50,818 nucleotides of DNA from Candidatus Omnitrophota bacterium (GCA_043821705.1 JBDRCN010000031.1:1-50818), one strand, 5' to 3'; counted from the first letter of the stretch, positions 37,407 to 47,517 are shown. Made by a program: numbers and translations. The notes: a model not told the origin generated them from the sequence alone.

Positions 37407-40400
37407 ATGAGAGAAAAAATAATTAATTTTTTTCTAAAAAGACATTTACTTACTAACCTATTATTTGTCACTGTTTTTGTCGGTGGAATCATTTCCTGGA
37501 TCCAGATCCCAAAAGAAGAACTTCCTGACATCACTTTTGATCGCGTGGGAATAAGTGTAAGCTATCCTGGCGCTTCAGCAGAAGAAGTTGAATATTATGT
37601 TACTAGGCCTATAGAAGAGGTTATTCGTGGTCTTGATGGTATATATTCGATAGCTAGTTCTACGGGCACAGGAAGATCTTCTGTTAATGTTGAGATAGAT
37701 AAGAATTATACTGATAAAGATGAAGTTATTACTGATATTCGTAATGCTGTGCTTGATGTTGACCTACCAGAAGATATTATCGATGATCCTAATGTCAGGG
37801 TTTTTAAGACTTCTCGTAAGGCAATTATTGATATTGGACTTATTTTAGAAGATAAAGACTTGCTTGATGTTGAATCGCGGGATACCTTACAGACCCTTAC
37901 TTTAGCTTTAGAGAATAAACTTTTAAGCTTACCTGAAGTAAGCTCTGTGAATCGCAGTGGTTATCTTAAGGAAGAGATCCATATTAAGGTCGATCCCCAA
38001 AAATTAGTTGATTATCGTATTCCTTTTAATACTGTTATCAAGGAAATTCAAGATAATAATGTCAGACAGCCCGCTGGAAACATTGAAAATGAAAAAGAGA
38101 CTAAAGTCACTCTTTCAGCAGAGCTTAATAGCATTGATGACCTGAAGGAACTTGCTGTGCAGGGTGGCTTTGAAGGACAGGTCATACGCTTAAAAGATAT
38201 TGCTGAAGTGGTAAAAGGTTATGAGAAGACAAAAGAGGTATTAAAGATAAATGGCCATGAAGGTGTATTTTTAAATGTAGTCAAGAGTTCGTCATTTGGG
38301 ATCATTGAAGCTACTGATGTTGTAAATCAGATGGTTAAAGATTTTTCCAAGCATAATATTACTAATGGAAAGATGAAGATAGTTTTGCTTGATGACGAAT
38401 CTTTTGATGTCAGAAACCGGCTTTCACTCATTGGCATAAATGGAGCTATTGGTTTTATCCTGATACTTATATGTCTCTTTTTATTTTTGGATGTACGCTC
38501 TGGCATCTGGGTAGCAGCTGGGATTCCTTTTACTTTTTGTTTCGCTTTGATTGCTGCACTTTTCGCTGGTTATTCTATAAACAATATAACTCTGGCAGCA
38601 GTTATCATAGTTATGGGTATGGTAGTTGATGATGCTATTGTGGTTTCAGAGAATGTTACTCGCATGAGGACTCAGGGATTATCAGTGGAAGAGGCAACAG
38701 TAAAAGGGACTTCTTATGTGTTTTTGCCAGTCATAGCCAGTATACTTACTACATGTGTAGCGTTCCTGCCTTTATTGTTTTTTTCCGGTCGGTTTGGTCT
38801 TATGGTAAGATTTATTCCTTTGATCATTATTTTTATTTTGGGAGGAAGCCTTATCGAAGCACTAATAATACTTCCTGGACACATGGCTCTTCCTATAGGT
38901 AATGCTTTCAATAGATTTTTTTCTAAACTTAGCCACTTGGTAAATAAAAAAGAATTTCTGAAGAACCGTATATCTTTAGAAGTAGCAGCAAAAACCCACT
39001 GGTTTGATCGTTGGGAAGATCTTTATGGTAAATTCATAGAAAAGATACTTCCTTCAAAAAGAAAGATATTTGGGGGTTTTATCGTTCTTCTTATAATTTC
39101 ACTTTTTATAGCTGGTTTTAAGATGAAATTTGTCATGTTTCCTGATGAAGAGACTCGTCAGCTGAGACTTACTGCAGAAGCTCCTGCTGGAAGCACTCGC
39201 TATGAGACTGCACATCTTGCTCAAGGACTTGAAGATATTATCAGTACATATATTGGCAAAGAGGTGATAGGTTTTCGTAATGAGATCGCTAGGACGAGAA
39301 GAGGTTCAGTTTCTCAGGAGAACAAGATGCGGATGAGTATAGAGATTCTCCCAAAAGAGAAACGTAAGAAAAGCGCTAATCAGCTTATTAAAGAAATGGA
39401 GAAAAAGTTTGTATCAGTTAAGGATATTTCCAACATCCGCTTTAGTAAGACCTGGCATGGTCAATCTAGCTCAAGCCCAATAGAGATCTTGGTAAAAGAA
39501 AATAATGATTCTTTACGCAGTCAAGTTACAGAAGAGCTTTCAGCTATCATGCAGAAACACCCATCCTTAACAAATGTAGAAATAGACCAACCGCTTTTAA
39601 CTCCTGAATACAAGATAAGCTTGGACAGGGATAAGATCAGGCGCCTGGCTATAAATCCATCGGATATTGCAAAGACTATACGAGCAGCTTTAGAAGGAAA
39701 GATACTTTATGAATTTATGGGGGATGATGAGGAGATATATGTTAGACTTACGACAGTAGAAGGGGCTAAGGATGATATTAATAAAGTCCTTAAGATACCA
39801 GTAGAGAATAAAGGGCAATATCTAGTGCCTTTAGAAGAGATTGTTACTCTTACTGAGAGTTCTAAGCCTGATTCTTTGACTCGCGAGGACTTGAAGCGTA
39901 TAACTGCTATTTACGCGGATTTAAAACCTAAAGCTAAACATACACCTTTAGAGATCGCCAGTTATTTTGAGAAAGAATCTTTCCCTGATATCAATAAACG
40001 TTTTCCTTCTAGCATTATTGAATTTGGAGGAGAAGTGAGAGATTCGAGAGAGTCTCGCAAGGATTTTAGCCTTGCTATTATTATGGCCATTGCTTTTATA
40101 TATATTATCCTAGCACTTTTATTCAATTCCTTGGGCAAGCCTTTTATTATTATGCTTTCTATACCTTTTGGCATAGTAGGTATAATCTTAGCTTTCTGGA
40201 CACATGGGATTGCTTTATATGGTTTTTTTGCTGTCATAGGGGCATTGGGTCTTTCAGGAGTTGTAATTAATGATGCTATTATTATGCTGACAAAACTAGA
40301 TAAAGAGTTTGATCCCAAAGCTCCCTCAGATAAGCTTAATAACCAAATTGCACAAATTGCAAAGACACGCTTGCGAGCTGTAGTTCTTACCACGCTTACT

Positions 40401-40562
40401 ACAGTAGTAGGCATAATCCCTACTGCATATGGATGGGCTGGATATGACTCTATGTTGTCCCAGATGATGTTAGCTCTTTGCTGGGGACTTATTTTTGGTA
40501 CAATGATAACGCTTTTACTGATACCTTGTGTTTATTGTGTTGTTAAGGAAAGAAAATTATGA
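37407..40562 (+). CDS. RND efflux transporter permease (AcrB family)
   Basis: 1051 aa; YPGASAEEVE, GMVVDDAIVVSEN, GVVINDAII, RLRAVVLTTLTT. Confidence 0.95.
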   Translation: MREKIINFFLKRHLLTNLLFVTVFVGGIISWIQIPKEELPDITFDRVGISVSYPGASAEEVEYYVTRPIEEVIRGLDGIYSIASSTGTGRSSVNVEIDKNYTDKDEVITDIRNAVLDVDLPEDIIDDPNVRVFKTSRKAIIDIGLILEDKDLLDVESRDTLQTLTLALENKLLSLPEVSSVNRSGYLKEEIHIKVDPQKLVDYRIPFNTVIKEIQDNNVRQPAGNIENEKETKVTLSAELNSIDDLKELAVQGGFEGQVIRLKDIAEVVKGYEKTKEVLKINGHEGVFLNVVKSSSFGIIEATDVVNQMVKDFSKHNITNGKMKIVLLDDESFDVRNRLSLIGINGAIGFILILICLFLFLDVRSGIWVAAGIPFTFCFALIAALFAGYSINNITLAAVIIVMGMVVDDAIVVSENVTRMRTQGLSVEEATVKGTSYVFLPVIASILTTCVAFLPLLFFSGRFGLMVRFIPLIIIFILGGSLIEALIILPGHMALPIGNAFNRFFSKLSHLVNKKEFLKNRISLEVAAKTHWFDRWEDLYGKFIEKILPSKRKIFGGFIVLLIISLFIAGFKMKFVMFPDEETRQLRLTAEAPAGSTRYETAHLAQGLEDIISTYIGKEVIGFRNEIARTRRGSVSQENKMRMSIEILPKEKRKKSANQLIKEMEKKFVSVKDISNIRFSKTWHGQSSSSPIEILVKENNDSLRSQVTEELSAIMQKHPSLTNVEIDQPLLTPEYKISLDRDKIRRLAINPSDIAKTIRAALEGKILYEFMGDDEEIYVRLTTVEGAKDDINKVLKIPVENKGQYLVPLEEIVTLTESSKPDSLTREDLKRITAIYADLKPKAKHTPLEIASYFEKESFPDINKRFPSSIIEFGGEVRDSRESRKDFSLAIIMAIAFIYIILALLFNSLGKPFIIMLSIPFGIVGIILAFWTHGIALYGFFAVIGALGLSGVVINDAIIMLTKLDKEFDPKAPSDKLNNQIAQIAKTRLRAVVLTTLTTVVGIIPTAYGWAGYDSMLSQMMLALCWGLIFGTMITLLLIPCVYCVVKERKL

Positions 40563-41947
40563 GATTAAAGATCATGATCCTAAGTAGTATTATTTTTGCT
40601 TTAAGTTTAAATGTACGAGCTGAGGAAAAAGTGAATAAAATAACTCTTGAGGAGTTTATTAAAATATCCTGTCAAAAAGATACAGCATTTCAAGAGGTCC
40701 TTATAGATGAGCTTAAGCTTAAATACGAAAAAGCTCTAGCTATTCCAGCAAAAGACCTAGTTTTGGAAATAGAAAGTAAATATGAATTTCTCTTTGATCC
40801 TAGCGAGGAGGATGTGGAGAACACTGTTACCTTGACTAAATTATTTCCTTATATTGGGACTGAAGTCGCAGCTGAATATAGTTCTTCGGTAGCTACAACG
40901 ACTCGTAATGTCACTTCAGATCTTACACTTGAGATATCTCAGCCTATTGCACGTGATGCTTTTGGTCGAAATACTCGCCTTATAGATAAAATTACCGGGA
41001 TCGAGATCGATGTTGCGCGATATCAGATCGCAGAGGCTTATGAAGATTATCTAGCCAATGTTATCATGCTTTATTATGATTGGTATTCAGCTTACGAGAA
41101 CCTAAGAACTGCTGAGAATTCCTATAAAGAGAACCTAAAGCTTTTAGAAAACATAAAAGAACGCGAAAAGAGTAAGATTGCCTTACCTATAGATGTAAAT
41201 AAAATAACTCTGCAGGCCTTGGCAAAAAGAGAAAACGTGATAACTCGTAAAAATCAATATGAAGACTATCTGAACGAGGTGAAAGTTGCATTACGCTATG
41301 GGGAAGATATACCACTTGAGCCTAAAGAGTCTTTGCTTTATGCAGATCTAGACATTGATTTTGAAAAGGGGCGTGAGACTTTTAATCTTTCTAGCCGTAC
41401 AGCTAAGGTGCTTAAAATGTTGGAAGATAAAAGTTCTTTTGAGGTAGATGAGTATGCTGATGAACTTCTTCCTTCGATCAACCTACTTATGGGCTATACA
41501 TTAGAAGGCTCAAGCCACGACATAGAAAAAGAAACCCTTGCTTATGCTGGTGTATCCTTAGAATGGCCATTTCCTGACCAAGTAGATAGAGCTGATTATG
41601 AGACCTCGAAGATAGAGCTTCGCAAGACAAAGCTTTCCTCTGAGACCACACATATGCGGCTATATACAGACCTTAAAAACTTGGATAACCAGATACAGAG
41701 AGAAAAAGAGTTGATCGAAGTAGCTGATGAAAAGATAAAATTAGCTGAAGCTATAGTGAAAGATGAAAAAGAAAATTATTCCTTAGGAAGATCTAGCCTT
41801 AATGACCTTATTGATGAGGTTAATAAGCTTGAGGATAATAAGTTTAATAAGATTACCCATAATATCCAATTGCGTAAATTAACAGTTGAGTGGCTGAGAT
41901 TATCGGATACTCTTATTAAAGAAAGTGATATTTTTAATAAGCAATAA
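40559..41947 (+). CDS. TolC family outer-membrane protein
   Basis: Signal peptide, ITLEEFI, ISQP, LLPSINL, GVSLEWP, Y.LGR.S..DL; ATGA coupling to the RND gene. Confidence 0.85.
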   Translation: MRLKIMILSSIIFALSLNVRAEEKVNKITLEEFIKISCQKDTAFQEVLIDELKLKYEKALAIPAKDLVLEIESKYEFLFDPSEEDVENTVTLTKLFPYIGTEVAAEYSSSVATTTRNVTSDLTLEISQPIARDAFGRNTRLIDKITGIEIDVARYQIAEAYEDYLANVIMLYYDWYSAYENLRTAENSYKENLKLLENIKEREKSKIALPIDVNKITLQALAKRENVITRKNQYEDYLNEVKVALRYGEDIPLEPKESLLYADLDIDFEKGRETFNLSSRTAKVLKMLEDKSSFEVDEYADELLPSINLLMGYTLEGSSHDIEKETLAYAGVSLEWPFPDQVDRADYETSKIELRKTKLSSETTHMRLYTDLKNLDNQIQREKELIEVADEKIKLAEAIVKDEKENYSLGRSSLNDLIDEVNKLEDNKFNKITHNIQLRKLTVEWLRLSDTLIKESDIFNKQ

Positions 41948-42019
41948 TACTGCATTTATTCCTAATCCCTTTATTTCACCTTTCACCTAATCTTAATATA
42001 GACATAGTTCCTTATTTTT

Positions 42020-42150
42020 GTTTTTGTTGCCCTGCCAAACGTGGTAGGGCGTTCTTTTTAGGGCTTCGACGAAGACAGTAGATTTGTTGGGTGAAGAGTA
42101 GTAGAATAGAAGAAGGTTGTTAAAAGAGTGATTTGGAGATCTTTGGCAAA
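42020..42150. repeat. Dispersed intergenic repeat, copy 1
   Basis: GTTGCCC-hairpin-GGGC...GATTTGTTGGGTGAAGAG...GGTTGTTAAAAGAGTGATTTGGAGATCTTTGGCAAA. Confidence 0.75.
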
Positions 42151-42208
42151 TTGAAAGTCAGAAGTATTTTATAGTCATATGAAGTAAAACATGAAGAGGA
42201 GGAATATT

Positions 42209-42319
42209 ATGGGCGACAAGGGTAAGAAAGATAAGAATAAGCACGACAAACAAGTAAACCAAGCAAAAAACGCACAAAACGAAGCAAACAGGAAAAAACA
42301 AGAAAAGACACACCAGTAG
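42209..42319 (+). CDS. Small Lys/Gln-rich protein (36 aa, not in ORF track)
   Basis: GAGGAGG RBS; MGDKGKKDKNKHDKQVNQAKNAQNEANRKKQEKTHQ*. Confidence 0.65.
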   Translation: MGDKGKKDKNKHDKQVNQAKNAQNEANRKKQEKTHQ

Positions 42320-42425
42320 AAAAGAGAAACGCTTCATTAGTAATGTGTTCTCAGGTGACACACCCCCATATACTACAATAGGGCAGTAACAACGCAGGAA
42401 AGCAAAAAAAAGAAAGGAGTTGCCA

Positions 42426-43391
42426 GTGAGTATCAAAGAAATAACGCTCGAGAAGTTTGATGTCATGGGATTTATCAAGGAAAAGGCGAAAGAGATATCC
42501 GGGCTTGTGGGAGATGGCGTGGCTATTAATGCTCTTTCAGGAGGCGTAGATTCTTGCGCTGTTACGATGCTGGGGCACAAAGCCCTGGGAAAAAGACTTA
42601 AGACATATTTTGTAGATAACGGGATAATGAGAGCAGGCGAGCCTCAGAAGATCGCGGAATTATTTAAGAGCATGGGGGTCCACATAGAGATAGTCGATGC
42701 GCAGGATGAATTTTTTAATGCATTAAAAGGCCTGACTGACCCTGAAGAGAAGAGAGAAGCGATCACGCAGTCTTTTTATAAAGATGTATTTGGCAAGCTT
42801 GTAAGAAAGAGCAATGCTAAATACCTTTTGCAAGGCACGATCCTGACAGATGTGGATGAGACAGTTGCCGGCATAAAGAGACAGCACAATGTCTTTGAGC
42901 AGCTGGGTATTGATCCCCAAAAAGAATTTGGATATAAGATAATCGAACCCCTGATCCAATTACGCAAAGATGGTGTAAGGAAACTCGCTGCTGGTTTAGG
43001 CCTGCCGGAATCTGCTTATAAGCGTATTCCTTTTCCAGGACCAGCCCTGGCAGCCAGGGTCATAGGTGCAGTGACCAAGGAAAAGATCAGCATAGTGAGG
43101 ACGGCGACTGCTATTGTTGAAGAGGAGCTTAGTTATACAGGTGCATTCCAGTATATGGCGATCTTGCATCAGGACAGGGTTACTGGCATGCGGGACGGAA
43201 AAAGGGATTTTGGCCTGCAGATCGAGGTGCGATGTTGGGATAGCATAGATGCGAGAAAGGCTACTCCTACGAAATTGCCTTATGAGGTACTATGTAAGCT
43301 GGCAGACAGAATAGTTGCTCAAGTACCCGGTGTTGTAAGCGTTACTTATAATATTACCAAGAAACCGCCGTCAACAATAGAAGCGATCTAA
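42426..43391 (+). CDS. guaA: GMP synthase ATP-pyrophosphatase subunit-like protein (no glutaminase domain)
   Basis: ALSGGVDS, VDNG.MR, TDPEEKR, LLQGTI..D..E, IK.QHNV, IEPL..L.KD.VR, PFPGPALA.R, YNIT.KPP.TIE; GTG 42426 fits the AAGGAG spacing better than TTG 42420. Confidence 0.85.
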   Translation: MSIKEITLEKFDVMGFIKEKAKEISGLVGDGVAINALSGGVDSCAVTMLGHKALGKRLKTYFVDNGIMRAGEPQKIAELFKSMGVHIEIVDAQDEFFNALKGLTDPEEKREAITQSFYKDVFGKLVRKSNAKYLLQGTILTDVDETVAGIKRQHNVFEQLGIDPQKEFGYKIIEPLIQLRKDGVRKLAAGLGLPESAYKRIPFPGPALAARVIGAVTKEKISIVRTATAIVEEELSYTGAFQYMAILHQDRVTGMRDGKRDFGLQIEVRCWDSIDARKATPTKLPYEVLCKLADRIVAQVPGVVSVTYNITKKPPSTIEAI

Positions 43392-43402
43392 AAAGAGATA
43401 GA

Positions 43403-43574
43403 CTAATAAATGGCAGAAGGAAAGAGACTATTTCTGCTCTAGAGTTTCTGCTATGAAGCCTTTTACAATGGAAGCCATATTGATATTGTGCCTCAGATAG
43501 AGGAATGGGATATTGCTTCTCCTGGGGATATAGCTAAGAGTAGTGTGGTGGAGATGGTTGTGAGGATGAGGTAG
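43403..43574 (+). pseudogene. Frameshifted 3' fragment copy of the YiiX-like gene (47888-48044)
   Basis: Near-identical DNA to the 3' end of 47539-48051, with two extra bases near the CSE codons. Confidence 0.85.
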
Positions 43575-43635
43575 GGTGAAGAGGATGGGCGAGGATAGAG
43601 GGTGTAAAAAGCGTAGTTTGGAGATACTTGGCGAG
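43574..43635. repeat. Dispersed intergenic repeat, partial copy 2
   Basis: GGGTGAAGAG...AAAAGCGTAGTTTGGAGATACTTGGCGAG. Confidence 0.6.
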
Positions 43636-43669
43636 TCAAAAGCTCTTTAAAAAAAAATTTAATTGCTCC

Positions 43670-43698
43670 TTGCTTAAATAATATTAGATTGGTATAAT
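43670..43698 (+). promoter_or_regulatory. Sigma70 promoter (extended -10) for the S8 protease
   Basis: TTGCTT-17 bp-TATAAT with TG at the extended position. Confidence 0.65.
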
Positions 43699-43755
43699 AT
43701 TATTGTTGGTTTTGATGAGGCGGTAATGAGAAGAAAAAAGCTGGTTCTATAATAG

Positions 43756-43790
43756 AAGGCAATCTTGGTACAAACTAAGATTGCCTTTTT
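43756..43790 (+). terminator. Leader terminator upstream of the S8 protease
   Basis: AAGGCAATCTTGG-TACAAA-CTAAGATTGCCTT then TTT. Confidence 0.7.
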
Positions 43791-43812
43791 GTGTTTAAAA
43801 AAAGGAGGGGGT

Positions 43813-46050
43813 ATGAAAAAAATACATTTGATTGCAGGAATCGCTTTGTTGTTTGTTTTAGTTTTCAGCCACAAAGGATTTGCCGCATCTACTGGTGATC
43901 AGATCCTGGAAAAGAGTCCTGTTATTGGGCAGAGCGGACAGAAGTACGTTCCAGGGGAAATTATTGTTAAGTTCAATCCTGGAGTCAGTGGCAGGGCAAT
44001 TGCTGAGATAAACTCAAGGCATGGGGCCTCTGTGATTTCTACAAGCCGGTTTGCTGGTTTTAAGAGATTGAAGATTCCCAGGGGAAAATCGCTCGAAGAG
44101 ATGGTGGAGATATATAACAGAAATCCTAATGTTGAATATGCAGAGCCAAACTATATTGCTCATGCTTCTATGACCCCTAATGACGCATATTATCTCGATC
44201 AATGGCACCTTGATAATGATGAGTATGGTGGAATTAATATGGAATCAGCCTGGGACATTGAGACTGGAGATTCAAGTGTTATAGTGGCAGTAATAGATAC
44301 TGGGGTAGCTTATGAAGATTATGAAGAATTTATTGATAATCCTGGTAGAGGTAGAGATTATTGGATAACTTATGAACAGGCAAGTGATCTGGCTAACACT
44401 AATTTTGTGGATGGTTATGACTTTGTTAACGACGATATACACCCTAATGATGATGAAGGGCACGGCACCCACGTTACAGGAACTATTGCTCAAAGTACAA
44501 ATAATACCATAGGAGTAGCTGGTGTAGCCTTTGATACATCTATTATGCCGGTGAAGGTACTGGATAATACAGGTGCTGGGACATATGCAAATATTGCTGA
44601 TGGCATCTACTTCGCTGCTGACGGCGGCTTTGGCGGCGCTACTGGCGATAGTGGTAACAGCGCCAATATTATAAATATGAGCTTAGGTGGGCCCAGCGGA
44701 TCAATTACTCTGGAAAACGCTGTTGCCTATGCATATGAAAATGGTGTCACTATAGTTTGTTCCTCAGGAAATGATGGGTCAGCAACCACGATAAGTTATC
44801 CTGCAGCGTATGATGACTATTGTATCGCAGTTGGTGCTACCAGATATGATGAGGCAGTAGCTGGTTATTCTAATGCAGGATCTTCTCTGGATTTAACAGC
44901 TCCGGGCGGCGATCTAAACGTGGATCAAAATGACGATGGATATGGTGATGGAGTACTCCAACAGACCTTCGGCAGTAGTCCTACAGATTGGGGTTACTGG
45001 TTTTACCAAGGCACTTCTATGGCTGCTCCTCATGTAAGTGGAGTGGCAGCTCTGGTAATAGCCAATAATGTAGCTACTACCCCGGATGATGTGAGATATG
45101 TTTTAGAGTCCACTTCAGAAGATAAAGGATCTTCTGGTTGGGATTCAGAGTATGGCTGGGGAATAGTTGATGCTTATGCTGCGCTGAACTACAGTCCAGT
45201 ACCTAATGATCCGCCAATAGCAGATGCAAATGGCCCCTACACAGGAACAGAAGATACAGCTGTTCCTTTTGATGGCTCAGGTTCTTCTGATCCAGATGGC
45301 GATACCATAACTTATTCCTGGAACTTTGGGGATGGAAATATTGGAACTGGTATAAGCCCAGTTCACACATATAGTGCTGGTGGAACATATACGATCACAT
45401 TGGTTGTAAATGATGGTAGGGTAAATTCTGATCCATCTACTACTACAGCTGAGATAGAGGAAATTAACGATTATCCAGTTGCTAATGCTGGATCAGACCA
45501 GTCTGCTTTTATAGATGCAACCGTGACCTTTGATGGGTCAGATTCATATGATCCTGACGGGTCTATCTCTTCCTATGCTTGGGACTTTGGCGATGACTCG
45601 GTAGGGTCTGGCATAACAACTACCCACGAGTATTCAGCTGCTGGAACCTACACTGTTACTTTGACAGTAACGGATAATGGTGGCCTAACAGCTACAGACA
45701 CTGCAGTAGTCAGCGTTACAGAACAAGCCACTTTGGCTATGCATGTGGCTAATATCGCAATGTCTACAAGGAGAACAGGTGTAAATGTTGTTGCCACAGC
45801 TACAATAACCGTTGTAGATGCTGACAATGACCCTGTTGTAGGCGCAACAGTCTCTGGAAGCTGGAGTGGACTAACCAGTGATAGTGATTCAGGAGCCACT
45901 GGTACAAGTGGAGTTATCTCGCTTAGTTCCAACAAAGTGAAAAATCCTAATGGAACATTTACTTTCACCGTAGAAAACATCACTAAAGATGGATGGGGCT
46001 ATGATTCTGCGGATAATCTTGAGACAAGCGATTCAATAACTGCTCCTTAA
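43813..46050 (+). CDS. Secreted S8 subtilase with two PKD domains
   Basis: Signal peptide, YVPGEIIVKF prodomain, VAVIDTG, GHGTHVTGTIA, GTSMAAPHV; two WNFGDG/WDFGDD PKD domains; GGAGG RBS before ATG 43813. Confidence 0.95.
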   Translation: MKKIHLIAGIALLFVLVFSHKGFAASTGDQILEKSPVIGQSGQKYVPGEIIVKFNPGVSGRAIAEINSRHGASVISTSRFAGFKRLKIPRGKSLEEMVEIYNRNPNVEYAEPNYIAHASMTPNDAYYLDQWHLDNDEYGGINMESAWDIETGDSSVIVAVIDTGVAYEDYEEFIDNPGRGRDYWITYEQASDLANTNFVDGYDFVNDDIHPNDDEGHGTHVTGTIAQSTNNTIGVAGVAFDTSIMPVKVLDNTGAGTYANIADGIYFAADGGFGGATGDSGNSANIINMSLGGPSGSITLENAVAYAYENGVTIVCSSGNDGSATTISYPAAYDDYCIAVGATRYDEAVAGYSNAGSSLDLTAPGGDLNVDQNDDGYGDGVLQQTFGSSPTDWGYWFYQGTSMAAPHVSGVAALVIANNVATTPDDVRYVLESTSEDKGSSGWDSEYGWGIVDAYAALNYSPVPNDPPIADANGPYTGTEDTAVPFDGSGSSDPDGDTITYSWNFGDGNIGTGISPVHTYSAGGTYTITLVVNDGRVNSDPSTTTAEIEEINDYPVANAGSDQSAFIDATVTFDGSDSYDPDGSISSYAWDFGDDSVGSGITTTHEYSAAGTYTVTLTVTDNGGLTATDTAVVSVTEQATLAMHVANIAMSTRRTGVNVVATATITVVDADNDPVVGATVSGSWSGLTSDSDSGATGTSGVISLSSNKVKNPNGTFTFTVENITKDGWGYDSADNLETSDSITAP

Positions 46051-46084
46051 AGAAATAAGTATATAAGAGAAAAAAGACGTCCTA

Positions 46085-46130
46085 AAAAGGGGTGCTTTAG
46101 AATAAAATAAACTTTCTAAAGCCCCCTTTT
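46085..46130 (+). terminator. Terminator after the S8 protease
   Basis: AAAAGGGGTGCTTTAGAA...TTCTAAAGCCCCCTTTT. Confidence 0.7.
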
Positions 46131-46421
46131 ATTTACCCCTCATTAACTCCCATGCTCCTTACCCTATATATACCCCTCTTTTACTGAATCATTGCATTGC
46201 TTAAAGATGAAGGAATTGATATATATTCTATGTTTAAGCGTGGTATTGCCAGACATTTCCATGTTAGTGAGGGTACTATTAGGGAGGGGTTTAATGATTT
46301 AGATGGTTTAGAGTAGTTGTGTAGTGAAATTAAGTAAGTTGTTTATTTTATTATTTATTTTCTTAAGGTGTTTGTTTAGATGTATTATTAGGTGGTTTCT
46401 TGTTAATGTATTTCTTGTAGG

Positions 46422-46560
46422 TTTTAGTTTGTTGCCCTTCCAAAAGAGGCAGGGCGTTCTTTTTTTAGGGCCTTGGCAAAGCAGTCTATTAAGTAGCTTG
46501 AAAAACTTAAGCGAGTAGGGGAGAGGTTTAAAAAAAGTTGCGCGGTGAGCCTTGGCAAAG
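46422..46560. repeat. Dispersed intergenic repeat, divergent copy 3
   Basis: TTTGTTGCCCT...AGGGCGTTCTTTTTTTAGGGCCTTGGCAAAG...GAGAGGTTTAAAAAAAG...CCTTGGCAAAG. Confidence 0.65.
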
Positions 46561-46611
46561 CGGGAAGCATAGGGTATGCTTTAGGTAATATGAATTAAAT
46601 AGGAGGGTTTT

Positions 46612-46842
46612 ATGTTAAAAACCTGGATGAAGTTTTCATTAGGTGGTATTTTGTTTCAGGTATGTGTTACAGCTTATGCTTGGGATACAATTTATCCTTC
46701 ACATACAATCCCCGAATTATTTTCATCAAATCCTATGCATTTCATAGGGATTTTAATTGGAATTTGTTTATGGGGGATCGCAATAGGAACAATACTATTT
46801 TTTATTTGGTATTTTGCTTCCGGCAGGAAGACTAAAAAATAA
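46612..46842 (+). CDS. Small membrane protein
   Basis: GGAGG RBS, signal-like N-terminus, C-terminal TM and basic tail. Confidence 0.65.
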   Translation: MLKTWMKFSLGGILFQVCVTAYAWDTIYPSHTIPELFSSNPMHFIGILIGICLWGIAIGTILFFIWYFASGRKTKK

Positions 46843-46857
46843 AAAAGGAGCTAAGTT

Positions 46858-47517
46858 ATGTTAAAAAAGAGCATGGATATATTAAACAAGAATATTTTAC
46901 TTATAAGCTTAGGAACGCTACTATTTTTTCCTCAATTTTTAATAATACGTAAATCTTTTTTGTCTCTTGTAATTACAGTTATTTATACAATTGTTGCATG
47001 CGGTATATATTCTTCGTTATGGCAATATAGCCAAGAAAATAAATACAATTTTATTAAAGGTTTAAAAGATAATTTTTTGCGGTATTTAGGGGTTTTTATA
47101 GTTTTGATGTTGGTTATGTTTTTAGTTATGACACCAATATTCTTCATTGTAGCACTATTAGGAAATGCAGTGTTTATGCCTTCGTCTATAGCAAGATGTT
47201 TATATGCATTAATGGCGGCTTTGTTTAGCATATTAACCGTATTTACAATGTCTTATGTGTTTAGTAAAAGAAGGGGCATAGATGCAATTATAGATGCTGT
47301 GAAATATATTAAGAAAAATTACAAAACTTCTCATTTGCCTATGGGGTTAGCATTTTGTTATAGTATTATTTCTTTTTTATTAAGTAAGCTTTCCAACTCT
47401 ATTCTTTATTTTCCTTTAAATATAGTATTATTATTGGCTGGTTCTTTTGCCGTAACATATTTAACATATCTAGCGTTTCTTGTAGCGAGTTTTGATATTA
47501 ATAAAGGAGAGAGGTAA
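46858..47517 (+). CDS. Multi-pass membrane hypothetical protein
   Basis: AAGGAG RBS, about 6 hydrophobic segments, very AT-rich. Confidence 0.75.
   Translation: MLKKSMDILNKNILLISLGTLLFFPQFLIIRKSFLSLVITVIYTIVACGIYSSLWQYSQENKYNFIKGLKDNFLRYLGVFIVLMLVMFLVMTPIFFIVALLGNAVFMPSSIARCLYALMAALFSILTVFTMSYVFSKRRGIDAIIDAVKYIKKNYKTSHLPMGLAFCYSIISFLLSKLSNSILYFPLNIVLLLAGSFAVTYLTYLAFLVASFDINKGER

Noticed and set aside
46324-46518. 64-aa hydrophobic ORF
   Set aside because: T/G-rich low-complexity DNA running through repeat copy 3; GTG start without a clear RBS.
782-47231. Minus-strand and nested alternative-frame ORFs in the track (e.g. 782-979, 28118-28774, 31011-31718, 42158-42580)
   Set aside because: They shadow well-supported + strand genes and show no RBS or recognisable motifs.
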